From: Candidatus Limnocylindria bacterium
GTDB lineage: Bacteria > Chloroflexota > Limnocylindria > Limnocylindrales > CSP1-4
Assembly: GCA_035514295.1 (NCBI GenBank)
Contig: DATKBB010000116.1
Span: 8,496 to 72,495, forward strand
Direction: 5' to 3'
DNA length: 64,000 bases
Shown here: in pieces, positions 36,640 to 45,002 of the stretch
How positions within the stretch are numbered: the stretch's first letter is position 1
Layout of the letters: every line of letters starts with the position of its first letter
Notes under the pieces: model-generated
Databases searched by the model: none
Told to the model about the DNA's origin: nothing
The model's input: only the letters and a program-made list of their open reading frames with translations
Translations under genes and position numbers: made by a program

Positions 36640-37755
36640 TCACCTGGCCAGGCGTGAGACATGGCCATCAGCCACGCCCGCCTCTGCGTTCGAAATCGCA
36701 ACCGGCCGGTTCCCATCGAAGGCGTCCTGGAGCAGGGCCCGGATAGCCGGCCGGGTCACGGGTCGGGGATTGGTCGGCGCCGCAGCGACGATGAGGTCGG
36801 CGGCCTCGTCCAGGTCCTCGTACGCCATTCCGATCGCAGCCAGCGACGTCGGTGCGCCGATGGCGTGGGCCAGCTCGTAGACGGCGCCGGGGACATCGGG
36901 GTCGCCCAGCGCCCCGGCCAGGCGAGCCAACGCGTGGGGCACCGCGGGCGCGTTGAAGGCAAGCGCGTGTGCGAGTACGACGGTGTGCATCTCGGCATGA
37001 GGCAGGTCATACGCACCGCCCAGAACGTGACAGATCTTGTGGTGGATACCGGTACCGGCCACGGCAAACGATGCCGCTGCCAGGTATGCCCCGGCCAGCA
37101 CGTCGCTGCGCGCCTCCAGGTCATGCGGTGCGACCACGACACGAGGCAGGCTGCGAGCCAGAATTCGTGCGCCTTCCTCAGCCATCAGCGAGCTGATGGG
37201 GCAAGCGCCGTCGGCGTAGAGTGCCTCGGCACAGTGAGCCAGTGCGTTCATGCCCGACGGCCCCGCGATGGAGGGGGGCAGGGAGAGGGTCAGGACGGGG
37301 TCGTAGATCACCACCGCAGGCTGCGTCCGGGCGGCCCGGCCGGTCTCCTTGCGCGAGCCGCTCGTCACTCCCCAGATTGGCGTCATCTCCGATCCGGCAT
37401 AGGTCGTTGGGATGGCCAGCAGGCGGACGGGCAACTCCAGGGCAATCGCCTTGCCCAGGCCGGTGGCCGAGCCGCCGCCCAGGGTTACCACGACATCCAC
37501 GTCTGCTTCTCGTGCCTGGCGGCGTGCCTCCTCGGCTCGCTCGACCGGCACATGCGGCAGGACGTCGTCGATGAATCCGACCAGGCGATCAGCCATCTTC
37601 GAGCGCAGCTCATCCGCCGAGGCTCGGCCTGACCGATCGGCGATCAACAGCACCCGCTGCGCGCCGATGCGCTCCAGCTCGTCGACCGTTCGGCCAAACG
37701 CATGCACTCCGAACACGACCCTCCCAGGCAGGGCGTCGTAGGTGAAGGCACGCAT
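36640..37755 (-). CDS. maleylacetate reductase (iron-containing alcohol dehydrogenase family)
   Basis: 371 aa. MRAFTYDALPGRVVFG...VVTLGGGSATGLGKAIA is the typical maleylacetate reductase N-terminus. Gene context supports the call. Confidence 0.75.
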   Translation of the reverse strand: MRAFTYDALPGRVVFGVHAFGRTVDELERIGAQRVLLIADRSGRASADELRSKMADRLVGFIDDVLPHVPVERAEEARRQAREADVDVVVTLGGGSATGLGKAIALELPVRLLAIPTTYAGSEMTPIWGVTSGSRKETGRAARTQPAVVIYDPVLTLSLPPSIAGPSGMNALAHCAEALYADGACPISSLMAEEGARILARSLPRVVVAPHDLEARSDVLAGAYLAAASFAVAGTGIHHKICHVLGGAYDLPHAEMHTVVLAHALAFNAPAVPHALARLAGALGDPDVPGAVYELAHAIGAPTSLAAIGMAYEDLDEAADLIVAAAPTNPRPVTRPAIRALLQDAFDGNRPVAISNAEAGVADGHVSRLAR

Positions 37756-37759
37756 CCCG

Positions 37760-39262
37760 TCAGGAGCGCGGATAGAAGGGCGGAATGTCCGCCTCGACGT
37801 TCACCCAGACCGACTTGGGTTCGGTGTACTCGTGCATCGCCTCGAAGCCCATCTCGCGACCGTAGCCCGACTGTCCCGTGCCTCCAAAGGGAGAGCCGGG
37901 GTTGACGCGCTTGTACGAGTTGATCCAAACCATGCCGGTACGCAGGCGGGCCGCGACGGCGTGAGCTCGCGATAGGTCATTCGTCCAGAGCCCGCCACCC
38001 AGCCCATAGTCCACATCGTTGGCCAGGGCAATTGCTTCCTCGTCCGAGCGAAAGGTGCCCACCGTGACGAACGGACCGAAAACTTCTTCGCGGCAGACGG
38101 TAGCGCTCGCTTCTGCGCGAACCACCGTTGGACGAACGTAATAGCCTGCGGCGAGCGCCGGGTCGTTGGGTACGTCGCCGCCGGTCAGCACTTCGCCGCC
38201 CTCATCCAGGGCCGTCTGGACGTAACCCAGCACGCGCTCGCGATGACGCGGAGAGGTCAGCGGACCCATCTCGGTCTGGGGATCCAGTGGATCACCCAAA
38301 CGTATGCTCTGGGCCAGCGACACGAAGCGCTCCAGGAACTCATCGGCGATCGACTCGTGAAGCAGGAGGCGTGAGCCGGCGATACACGCCTGACCTTGAT
38401 TGTGGAAGATGGCGAAGGCCGAGCCGCCAATGGCGGCCGGCAGATTGGCGTCGGCGAAGACGATGTTTGCGCCCTTGCCGCCAAGCTCCAGCTGGACGCG
38501 CTTCACGTTGGCTGCCGATAGTGCCACGATGCGCTTGCCGGTCATCGTCGAGCCGGTGAAGGCGATCTTGCGGACGTCAGGATGGCTGGCCAGGTGCTCG
38601 CCGGCCACGCTGCCCTGGCCCGGCACGATGTTGACCACACCGGCCGGAAAGCCCACCTCGGCCATCAACTCGGCGATACGCAGCGACGATAGTGGAGTCA
38701 GCTCGGCCGGTTTCAGGACAACGGTGTTGCCCGCGGCCAGGGCGGGCCCCATCTTCCAGCTGCAGAACATCAGTGGGAAGTTCCAGGGCACGATCATGCC
38801 TACCACGCCGAGCGGCTGGCGTACGACATAGTTGAGGAAGCCCACCTCGACCGGGATAACGTCGCCCTGCAGCTTGTCCGCCATTCCTCCGAAGTAGCGG
38901 AACGTGGCTGCTGTGCGCGCAACGTCCAGCCGCCGGCTGTCACGGATGGGGTGGCCCGTATCGAGGCTCTCCAGCACGGCCAACTCTTCGGCGGCCTCCT
39001 CGATGCGGTCGGCCAGGCGCAACAGCAACCGTCCACGCTCCGAGCTCTGCATCGCAGCCCAGGCCGGAAAAGCCTCGGCCGCGGCCTTCACGGCCCGGTC
39101 AATGTCCGCCGGGCCAGCCCGCGCCACGCGGGCCAGTATCGATCCGTCATGCGGGTTGAGAGTCTCGAAGGTCGCTCCGTCGACTGCGTCGACGAACTCT
39201 CCACCAATGAACAGGCGATCCTGCAAACGGCGTGTCGCAGCGGGCGGCTTCAGGACGGCCAT
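37760..39262 (-). CDS. NAD-dependent aldehyde dehydrogenase, candidate 4-hydroxymuconic semialdehyde dehydrogenase
   Basis: ALDH motifs VPWNFPL, ELGGKGA and GQACIAGS. The specific role is inferred from its position between the dioxygenase and maleylacetate reductase genes. Confidence 0.75.
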   Translation of the reverse strand: MAVLKPPAATRRLQDRLFIGGEFVDAVDGATFETLNPHDGSILARVARAGPADIDRAVKAAAEAFPAWAAMQSSERGRLLLRLADRIEEAAEELAVLESLDTGHPIRDSRRLDVARTAATFRYFGGMADKLQGDVIPVEVGFLNYVVRQPLGVVGMIVPWNFPLMFCSWKMGPALAAGNTVVLKPAELTPLSSLRIAELMAEVGFPAGVVNIVPGQGSVAGEHLASHPDVRKIAFTGSTMTGKRIVALSAANVKRVQLELGGKGANIVFADANLPAAIGGSAFAIFHNQGQACIAGSRLLLHESIADEFLERFVSLAQSIRLGDPLDPQTEMGPLTSPRHRERVLGYVQTALDEGGEVLTGGDVPNDPALAAGYYVRPTVVRAEASATVCREEVFGPFVTVGTFRSDEEAIALANDVDYGLGGGLWTNDLSRAHAVAARLRTGMVWINSYKRVNPGSPFGGTGQSGYGREMGFEAMHEYTEPKSVWVNVEADIPPFYPRS

Positions 39263-39287
39263 CCGACAGCTGGTCCGGCCGCCGTGG

Positions 39288-40274
39288 CTACAGCTCGACT
39301 GGAACTGACGGCAGTTGCCCGCTCGAGATCAGGGCCGGCAAATCAGGGTCGGCGTTCTCCCACACGAGCAACATCGCTCGTTTGGGCGCGTAGCCCTGGT
39401 GGCGAATATCCGCCGGCATGGCGGCCACGTCGCCGGGCCGCATCACCACCTTCGCCCTTGCCGCACCTGTATCGCGATCCTCCACGTTCCAGATCAACTC
39501 GTCGGAGAGCTGAATGAACCACTCCACCCGATCGTTGCCGTGGATGATGGGCAGAATGTACTCCTCGGTGGTCGGGCAATACAGGCTGTCGCCGCAGACC
39601 GAGACGACGGATGGATTCCACGTCACCGGCGAGCGGGACAGATAGGCGAACAGGTTGAAGCTGGCCAGCTCGGCTTCAAAGCCCGGCTCCGCATGCACCT
39701 CCGGCTCGTCCTGGCCGACATCGGCGAACTGGCGGTTGACCGGGTGGCCATTGTCGTCATTGCGCACTTCTTCGTCGCCGGCCACGCCAACCATGCGCTG
39801 GGCGGTCACCCGGTGGCGGGTGATCGCCGCCCGGTTCTCGCCGTTCTTCACGCCAAAGGCGGAACCAGTCTCGGTGGGGCTGGCAAATGGGTCAAAGCCG
39901 GCGTTGGTCCAATTGTCGAGGATCTCTTCAAAGGTGGCCTTGATGAGCGGCGTCTCGAAGTTCTCCAGGTGGTCCAGTTCCGCCTTGCGGTAGGCGTCGT
40001 TGTAACGACCGGCGAAGAGATCAACTGTGCCGTAGTGATTGACTGTGCCGATGACACCGTCGAAGTTGACGATGCCGTAGAAGAACTGCCAGGCCACGTC
40101 GCGCTGCAGGGCGCGCAGGAAGGCATCGGCCGACATGACATGGCGGCCGGTGGGCCAGTCGATGTAGACGAAGTACTCATCACGGCTGAAGCGGAACTCG
40201 CCCAGGCTGTAGTCGCGGTAGCCATACATGTTGGGCTCGCTTGCCTGGGTGCGGATCGGCGCGCTGATGCTCAT
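39288..40274 (-). CDS. candidate hydroquinone 1,2-dioxygenase large subunit (HapD/PnpD-like)
   Basis: 328 aa, close to my recollection of about 338 aa for HapD. It sits in the small-large-ALDH-MAR gene order of hapCDEF/pnpCDEF. No search was run. Confidence 0.55.
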   Translation of the reverse strand: MSISAPIRTQASEPNMYGYRDYSLGEFRFSRDEYFVYIDWPTGRHVMSADAFLRALQRDVAWQFFYGIVNFDGVIGTVNHYGTVDLFAGRYNDAYRKAELDHLENFETPLIKATFEEILDNWTNAGFDPFASPTETGSAFGVKNGENRAAITRHRVTAQRMVGVAGDEEVRNDDNGHPVNRQFADVGQDEPEVHAEPGFEAELASFNLFAYLSRSPVTWNPSVVSVCGDSLYCPTTEEYILPIIHGNDRVEWFIQLSDELIWNVEDRDTGAARAKVVMRPGDVAAMPADIRHQGYAPKRAMLLVWENADPDLPALISSGQLPSVPVEL

Positions 40275-40301
40275 GCTGAGCTCCTTACTGTCCGAATCGG
40301 G

Positions 40302-40814
40302 CTAGGGCACGGTCTGGATGATGTCTGCCCAGCGATAGATGGTGTCTGGGCCCTCCTGGGTCTGGAGCAGGATTACGGCCGTCTTGTCTGCGCTGAGGCG
40401 GTAGGCTGCTCCAACGGGCAGCAGCGTCATGTGTCCGCGCCGAGCGACGACACGACCCATGGCCTGGCCGCTTGGCTGGCCCTCCAGCGCGTTGGAGCCG
40501 CGCTCGGCCGTTGGGCCAATGTCGTCTGGTCCCAGCTTTCGAAGTTCGATCTGGACCACGCCATCCATCACCAGGGCGAACTCGTCGTGCGGCGCCGTGC
40601 GCCACTCGGACGTCCCCTCGGCGCGAATGACCTCGAGCACGTACTGCCGGTTCCTGCCCACCGCCACCTTCTCCCAGGGGCGCGACTGTGAGGCGACCTC
40701 GAACATGTTGGAGAAGGCGTAGCGTGTCGGATCATCGTCGATGATGTCGATTTCGCCCTTCTGGTAGGCGTCCAGCGAGCCGAACTGCGTGGTATAAGTC
40801 TCTAGACCAGGCAT
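40302..40814 (-). CDS. candidate hydroquinone 1,2-dioxygenase small subunit (HapC/PnpC-like)
   Basis: ATG at 40814 with GAAGGAG upstream. 170 aa, about 18 kDa, close to my recollection of the HapC size. The call rests on context. Confidence 0.5.
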   Translation of the reverse strand: MPGLETYTTQFGSLDAYQKGEIDIIDDDPTRYAFSNMFEVASQSRPWEKVAVGRNRQYVLEVIRAEGTSEWRTAPHDEFALVMDGVVQIELRKLGPDDIGPTAERGSNALEGQPSGQAMGRVVARRGHMTLLPVGAAYRLSADKTAVILLQTQEGPDTIYRWADIIQTVP

Positions 40815-40886
40815 TGCGTCCGCTACTCCTTCTCTGGGCCGTGACAGTCGGTTCTGGAGGTAGCCCACTCAGCGCGAGTGCCTCTT

Positions 40887-40901
40887 GTTCGCTGAGCGAA
40901 C
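40887..40901. promoter_or_regulatory. perfect palindrome GTTCGCT-g-AGCGAAC in the divergent spacer between the dioxygenase operon and the IclR gene; candidate operator
   Basis: Read directly. A second palindrome, CACTC-agcgc-GAGTG, lies at 40866-40880. Confidence 0.35.
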
Positions 40902-40945
40902 GGGTGTACGCTGGGCGCACACAGTATCGGGCCGGAGATCAACGC

Positions 40946-41737
40946 ATGTCAAGACAGACTGAGGAGCCACCGGCGACCACGCGCTCCGAACGCGTGCAGT
41001 CCCTGGAGCGGGGGCTGAGTGTCCTCAAGGCATTCACCGCAAGGGATGGTGGCCTGACCATCAGCGAGGTAGCGGAGCGCACGCGGCTAACCCGCGCGAC
41101 GGCGCGTCGCCTGCTGCTCACACTCGCAGAATTGGGCTACGTTGAAGCGGATCGACGCGAGTTCAGGCTGAAGGAGCAGGTCCTCGATCTGGCCAAACCC
41201 TTCACCGGCCCGGACGACCCATGGGCCTTCGCGGAACCGTATCTGCAGTCCCTCACGGACCGGCTGGGGGAGTCGGCCTCCATCGCCGTGCTCGACGGAA
41301 CGGACATCCTCTATGTCGCGCGAACTCCAACCCGGCGCTTGATGACCCTCAACGTGAGTGTCGGTTCGCGCCTGCCTTCGCACGCCACTTCGAAGGGCAG
41401 GGTTCTGCTCTCCTTTCTACCCAGCAACGAGCTGGACAGCTACCTGAAGCGCAGTGCCATTGCCCGCTACACCAATCGGACGGTGGCCGACGCAGAGCAG
41501 CTTCGCGCAGTCTTGGCGGAGGTGCGTGAGCAGGGTTGGGCGATAGTCGACCAGCAGCTCGAGGAGGGCCTCTGCTCAGTTGCCGCTCCGCTCGTCGGGC
41601 CGGACGGGCGGGTTAGCGCCGCCATCAGCGTCTGTGCTCACGCGGGGCGGATCGACCCAGCGACTCTGGCTACTGAGTTCTTGCCCCTCGTGCTCGAAAC
41701 TGCGCGGCGCATCAGCGCCGTCTGGAACCGCCGCTGA
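40946..41737 (+). CDS. IclR-family transcriptional regulator (PcaR/PobR-like)
   Basis: ATG at 40946. SLERGLSVLKAFTARDGGLTISEVAERTRLTRATARRLLLTLAELGYV is an IclR winged HTH. An effector domain follows. Confidence 0.85.
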   Translation: MSRQTEEPPATTRSERVQSLERGLSVLKAFTARDGGLTISEVAERTRLTRATARRLLLTLAELGYVEADRREFRLKEQVLDLAKPFTGPDDPWAFAEPYLQSLTDRLGESASIAVLDGTDILYVARTPTRRLMTLNVSVGSRLPSHATSKGRVLLSFLPSNELDSYLKRSAIARYTNRTVADAEQLRAVLAEVREQGWAIVDQQLEEGLCSVAAPLVGPDGRVSAAISVCAHAGRIDPATLATEFLPLVLETARRISAVWNRR

Positions 41738-42647
41738 CCCTTGACGTTGGTGGCCGGTCTGGCCGTCCGCCCCAGCCCGCCGGAGGCGGCGGCGCAGGTG
41801 AGCGCAACGAACCGGGGACCAGCACGTCGATCGTGCCTACGGTCATCGCCGTCAGCTGGGCGATCACATCATGGACGTCGATCGAGCTGGGCAGGATTGC
41901 TCGCAGGTCCGTCACCCCGGCATGGGCCAGGGCAATGACCCGGTCCTGGCAGTCCTCCAGGGTTCCAAAGATGCCGATGTCACGCGGGTGGCCCAGCCGC
42001 GCGAAGACGGCGTCCCGGTCGGCGCGGGCGCTCGCTTCCGCCTCGGTACGACCTATCGAGACAGGCAGCGTGACCGCAACGCCCAGCGTATCCGCGGAAC
42101 GGCCCAGCTCGAGTGCCTCAGCGCGCGCCTCGTCGGCGGCCGACTCCAGGTCTGAGAAGTTCCATGCCCGCAGGACGATGTCGTCCACCAGCTGCAGCAA
42201 CGGCGGAAGGTCGGCCAGCTCAGCCGCAGTGGCGGAGACCCTCGGGCGCCGATTCTCCGCGCTGGAGGCGAAGCTCGCGCGAACCGCGCGTACCAGGTCG
42301 GGGTCAGCTCCCGCGAGAGATAACTCGAAGCGACCGACGAGGCGATCAGCAAGTTGCAGCGCCATCGTCGTCACCTGTGCCAGATCAATCTCAGTGCTCC
42401 GGAGTGTCACGCCCAGCGAAGCACGCTGCAGCTCGCCGGCCAGCGCCACCGCCGCCGGCCATAGGCCAGCGCTCTCTCGATTGGGATCGCCATCGGCGAG
42501 ATCGTCAAGCCAAACAGCACCGAGGCCTGCCCGATCGCACAGGCGGGCCATTGCTTCACGTCCCGGATCACGCGCATCGATGACCACCCCCAGGCGGGTG
42601 AGCCGGCCGGCCGGCGGGCGCGTGTGGGCGAACTGGGTCACTGCCAC
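41712..42647 (-). CDS. LLM-class (luciferase-like) oxidoreductase, divergent member
   Basis: GLGAVWLDD and C-terminal FGTLEDCQDRVIALAHAGVTDL fit the LLM pattern. Its Pro/Arg-rich tail overlaps the IclR 3' end by 26 nt. Confidence 0.55.
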   Translation of the reverse strand: MAVTQFAHTRPPAGRLTRLGVVIDARDPGREAMARLCDRAGLGAVWLDDLADGDPNRESAGLWPAAVALAGELQRASLGVTLRSTEIDLAQVTTMALQLADRLVGRFELSLAGADPDLVRAVRASFASSAENRRPRVSATAAELADLPPLLQLVDDIVLRAWNFSDLESAADEARAEALELGRSADTLGVAVTLPVSIGRTEAEASARADRDAVFARLGHPRDIGIFGTLEDCQDRVIALAHAGVTDLRAILPSSIDVHDVIAQLTAMTVGTIDVLVPGSLRSPAPPPPAGWGGRPDRPPTSRVSGGSRRR

Positions 42648-42748
42648 CTCCGGTGTTGAGAGAATATGAAGTCGCCGAAGTCTTGCATGCCCCGCAATAG
42701 CGGGGGTGTGTCGCAGCGCTGCCCACTGCTCCGGGCCACGGACCGGGC

Positions 42749-44203
42749 ATGACGTCGGCCACGTCCGAAGCGGCTCCCTTGCTGCTCACCGCCCTGCTTC
42801 GATTGACTCACCAATTGCGCTCGGCCGGTGTGCCCGTCTCGTCCTCGGAAGTGATCGACGCTAGTACTGCTCTAGCTCAGATTGATCTTCTCGATCGGCA
42901 GCAGGTCAAGTCCAGCCTGGCGGCGACGCTCATCAAGGAGCCTGAGGACACGCGCATATTCGACACTCTCTTCGAGCTGCACTTTGCCAATCGGCCCCGT
43001 CCAGCCACGCCGGCGGGTCCGCTGCTGGGCGGCGGCGAGACCGAGGGCTCAGAGCGAGTGATCGAGACAAGTCTCGACCGCATGACGTCCGAAGAGGAGC
43101 CAGGCGCCGACGCATCGGCAGAGTTGCTCGACTTGATCATGGAGGCACTGCAACGCGGTGACATGGAGGCCCTGCGCGCGCTGGCAGACATGGCCGTGGG
43201 CAGGGTCGCGGGCATCAGCAGTCAGCCGCAGGCGACCGAGCGCTACTTCTTGTATCGCGTCCTGCGCGCACTGGAGCTCTCCAAGCTGATGGCACGCGCT
43301 CTGGCGGCTGAGCGCGAGGCGGCGGGCGGCGAGATCGACGGGCGGCGTCTGCGCGCCGAGATGGCTGAGCGCATTGAGGCCTTCAAGCAACTGCTGGCCA
43401 AGGCCATCAAGGGTGGACTGGCTGAGGAACGTGGTACCGACGATCCCGGCCGGACGATGGAGCTGTTGGGGACCGAGGACATCGAGTTCCTGGGCGCCTC
43501 TCCCCGCCAGCTGGCAGCCATGAGGGAACAGATCCGGCCATTGGCCAGGGCACTCGCCACGAAGATGGTTCGCCGGCGCCGGCGAAGGGACCGCGGACGG
43601 CTGGACGTCCGGCGCACAGTACGTCGCTCGCTGTCGTCCGGTGGCGTGCCTCTCGAGCCGGCCTTCCGCAGGCCGAAGATAGCCCGTCCCGACCTGTATC
43701 TACTGTGCGACGTATCGGGCTCCGTGGCGGAGTTTGCGTCCTTCACGCTGACGCTGCTCCAGGCGATGACCGCGGAGTTCGCCCGCATGCGCTCGTTCGC
43801 CTTCGTCGATGAGGTCGACGAGGTAACGGACCACCTGAAGGACGTCGCGTCGTTCCTCGAGGTGCGACACGTGCTGTACCGCGCAGATGTCGTTGGAGAC
43901 GACGGGCACTCCGACTACGGAGCTGTCCTGCAGCGCTTCTGGGAACGCCACGGCAGCGGCATTGATTCTCGTTCCACGGTCATCATTACCGGCGACGCCA
44001 GGTCCAACTATCGCCCGCCACGCGTGGAGGCGCTACGCTCGATCCACGATCGCGCTCGCAAGGTCTACCTGCTCAACCCCGAACCCGAAGACGACTGGAA
44101 CACGACCGACTCGATCGTGTCCGTCTACGAGTCGGTGCTCGACGGTATCTTCGAGGTGCGCAACCTGCGCCAGCTCGGCGAAGCGGTCTACCGAATCACC
44201 TGA
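42749..44203 (+). CDS. VWA-domain protein, CoxE-like
   Basis: 484 aa. LYLLCDVSGSV (the MIDAS DxSxS motif) and VIITGDARSN in the C-terminal VWA domain. The N-terminal helical region resembles CoxE family proteins. Confidence 0.75.
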   Translation: MTSATSEAAPLLLTALLRLTHQLRSAGVPVSSSEVIDASTALAQIDLLDRQQVKSSLAATLIKEPEDTRIFDTLFELHFANRPRPATPAGPLLGGGETEGSERVIETSLDRMTSEEEPGADASAELLDLIMEALQRGDMEALRALADMAVGRVAGISSQPQATERYFLYRVLRALELSKLMARALAAEREAAGGEIDGRRLRAEMAERIEAFKQLLAKAIKGGLAEERGTDDPGRTMELLGTEDIEFLGASPRQLAAMREQIRPLARALATKMVRRRRRRDRGRLDVRRTVRRSLSSGGVPLEPAFRRPKIARPDLYLLCDVSGSVAEFASFTLTLLQAMTAEFARMRSFAFVDEVDEVTDHLKDVASFLEVRHVLYRADVVGDDGHSDYGAVLQRFWERHGSGIDSRSTVIITGDARSNYRPPRVEALRSIHDRARKVYLLNPEPEDDWNTTDSIVSVYESVLDGIFEVRNLRQLGEAVYRIT

Positions 44204-44248
44204 CCTCGATCGCGGCTCCCACCGCGGTTGACTCCCCGGATATCATCG

Positions 44249-44269
44249 GTGCGCGTTCGCAACGCGCAC
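44249..44269 (+). terminator. perfect hairpin GTGCGCGTT-cgc-AACGCGCAC downstream of the VWA gene
   Basis: Read directly. 9-bp GC-rich stem 46 nt after the stop, followed by tgtcgttcgcattcc. Confidence 0.45.
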
Positions 44270-44341
44270 TGTCGTTCGCATTCCGAACATCGCCTGCAGA
44301 GTCGGTGCCGGCGGCGGTGCCAGAGGGATAGGAGGCTGCGA

Positions 44342-44938
44342 GTGAGGACGATGGTCGAGCGTTGGCGCGCCTACGTGGCACGCCACCCAATGCGCGTCGC
44401 GCTGGTCGGTGGCTTCGTTGCCACCCACGTGGCGACCAACACCGGCATGTGGTACCACGGCATCGGCCTGCCGGACCTGAACTTCAACTTGCTCAACGGC
44501 TACCTCGTGTTTGGCAACGCGGCCAACGTGTTCGGCACCGAGGGCATGCAGGACCAGACGATCCTGACCTTGTTCGGGATGGTCGTCCACTATGCGATGG
44601 GGATCAGCTTCGCGCTGATCTTCGCCTTCGGTATCCACGCCATGATCCCTATCGCCAACACGCTCGTCGGCAACTTCACCAAGGCGATCATCTGGAGCCT
44701 GATCCTGGCCACGCTGAGCGTCACCTGGTGGATCAACCTGTTCACCTTCCACTTCGGTGATGTGCAGGTCACGGCCGGCCTGTTCATGAGCAACTTCGGC
44801 ATCGAATGGGTGATCGCCGTGTACCTGTGGCACCTGGTCTACGGCCTCCACCTCGGCGCCTTCTTCAACCCGGCGCCGGTAGCCGACACCGATGTCGAGG
44901 CCGAGCTGGATCCACAACCGGCGACGGCCGGCATGTGA
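44342..44938 (+). CDS. hypothetical membrane protein (about 4-5 helices)
   Basis: AGGAGG lies 6 nt upstream of the GTG at 44342; an alternative ATG is at 44351. Hydrophobic segments are rich in aromatic residues. Confidence 0.55.
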   Translation: MRTMVERWRAYVARHPMRVALVGGFVATHVATNTGMWYHGIGLPDLNFNLLNGYLVFGNAANVFGTEGMQDQTILTLFGMVVHYAMGISFALIFAFGIHAMIPIANTLVGNFTKAIIWSLILATLSVTWWINLFTFHFGDVQVTAGLFMSNFGIEWVIAVYLWHLVYGLHLGAFFNPAPVADTDVEAELDPQPATAGM

Positions 44939-45002
44939 TCGACGCTATCTAGCCCCGCTGTACAGAGGGTCGCCGTGGCGGCGGCCCTCGTTCGTTAGCG
45001 AC

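Noticed and set aside
39315-40691. 458-aa ORF antisense to the two candidate hydroquinone dioxygenase genes
   Set aside because: It spans two well-behaved minus-strand genes and their spacer. No recognisable domains, and codon bias favours the minus-strand frames.
40815-40945. Search for a sigma54 -24/-12 promoter (TGGCAC-N5-TTGC) upstream of the dioxygenase operon, prompted by the bEBP-like regulator
   Set aside because: The closest string on the minus strand (aGGCACtcgcgCTGAg) lacks the GC at -12. Together with the missing GAFTGA loop, this argues against sigma54 dependence.
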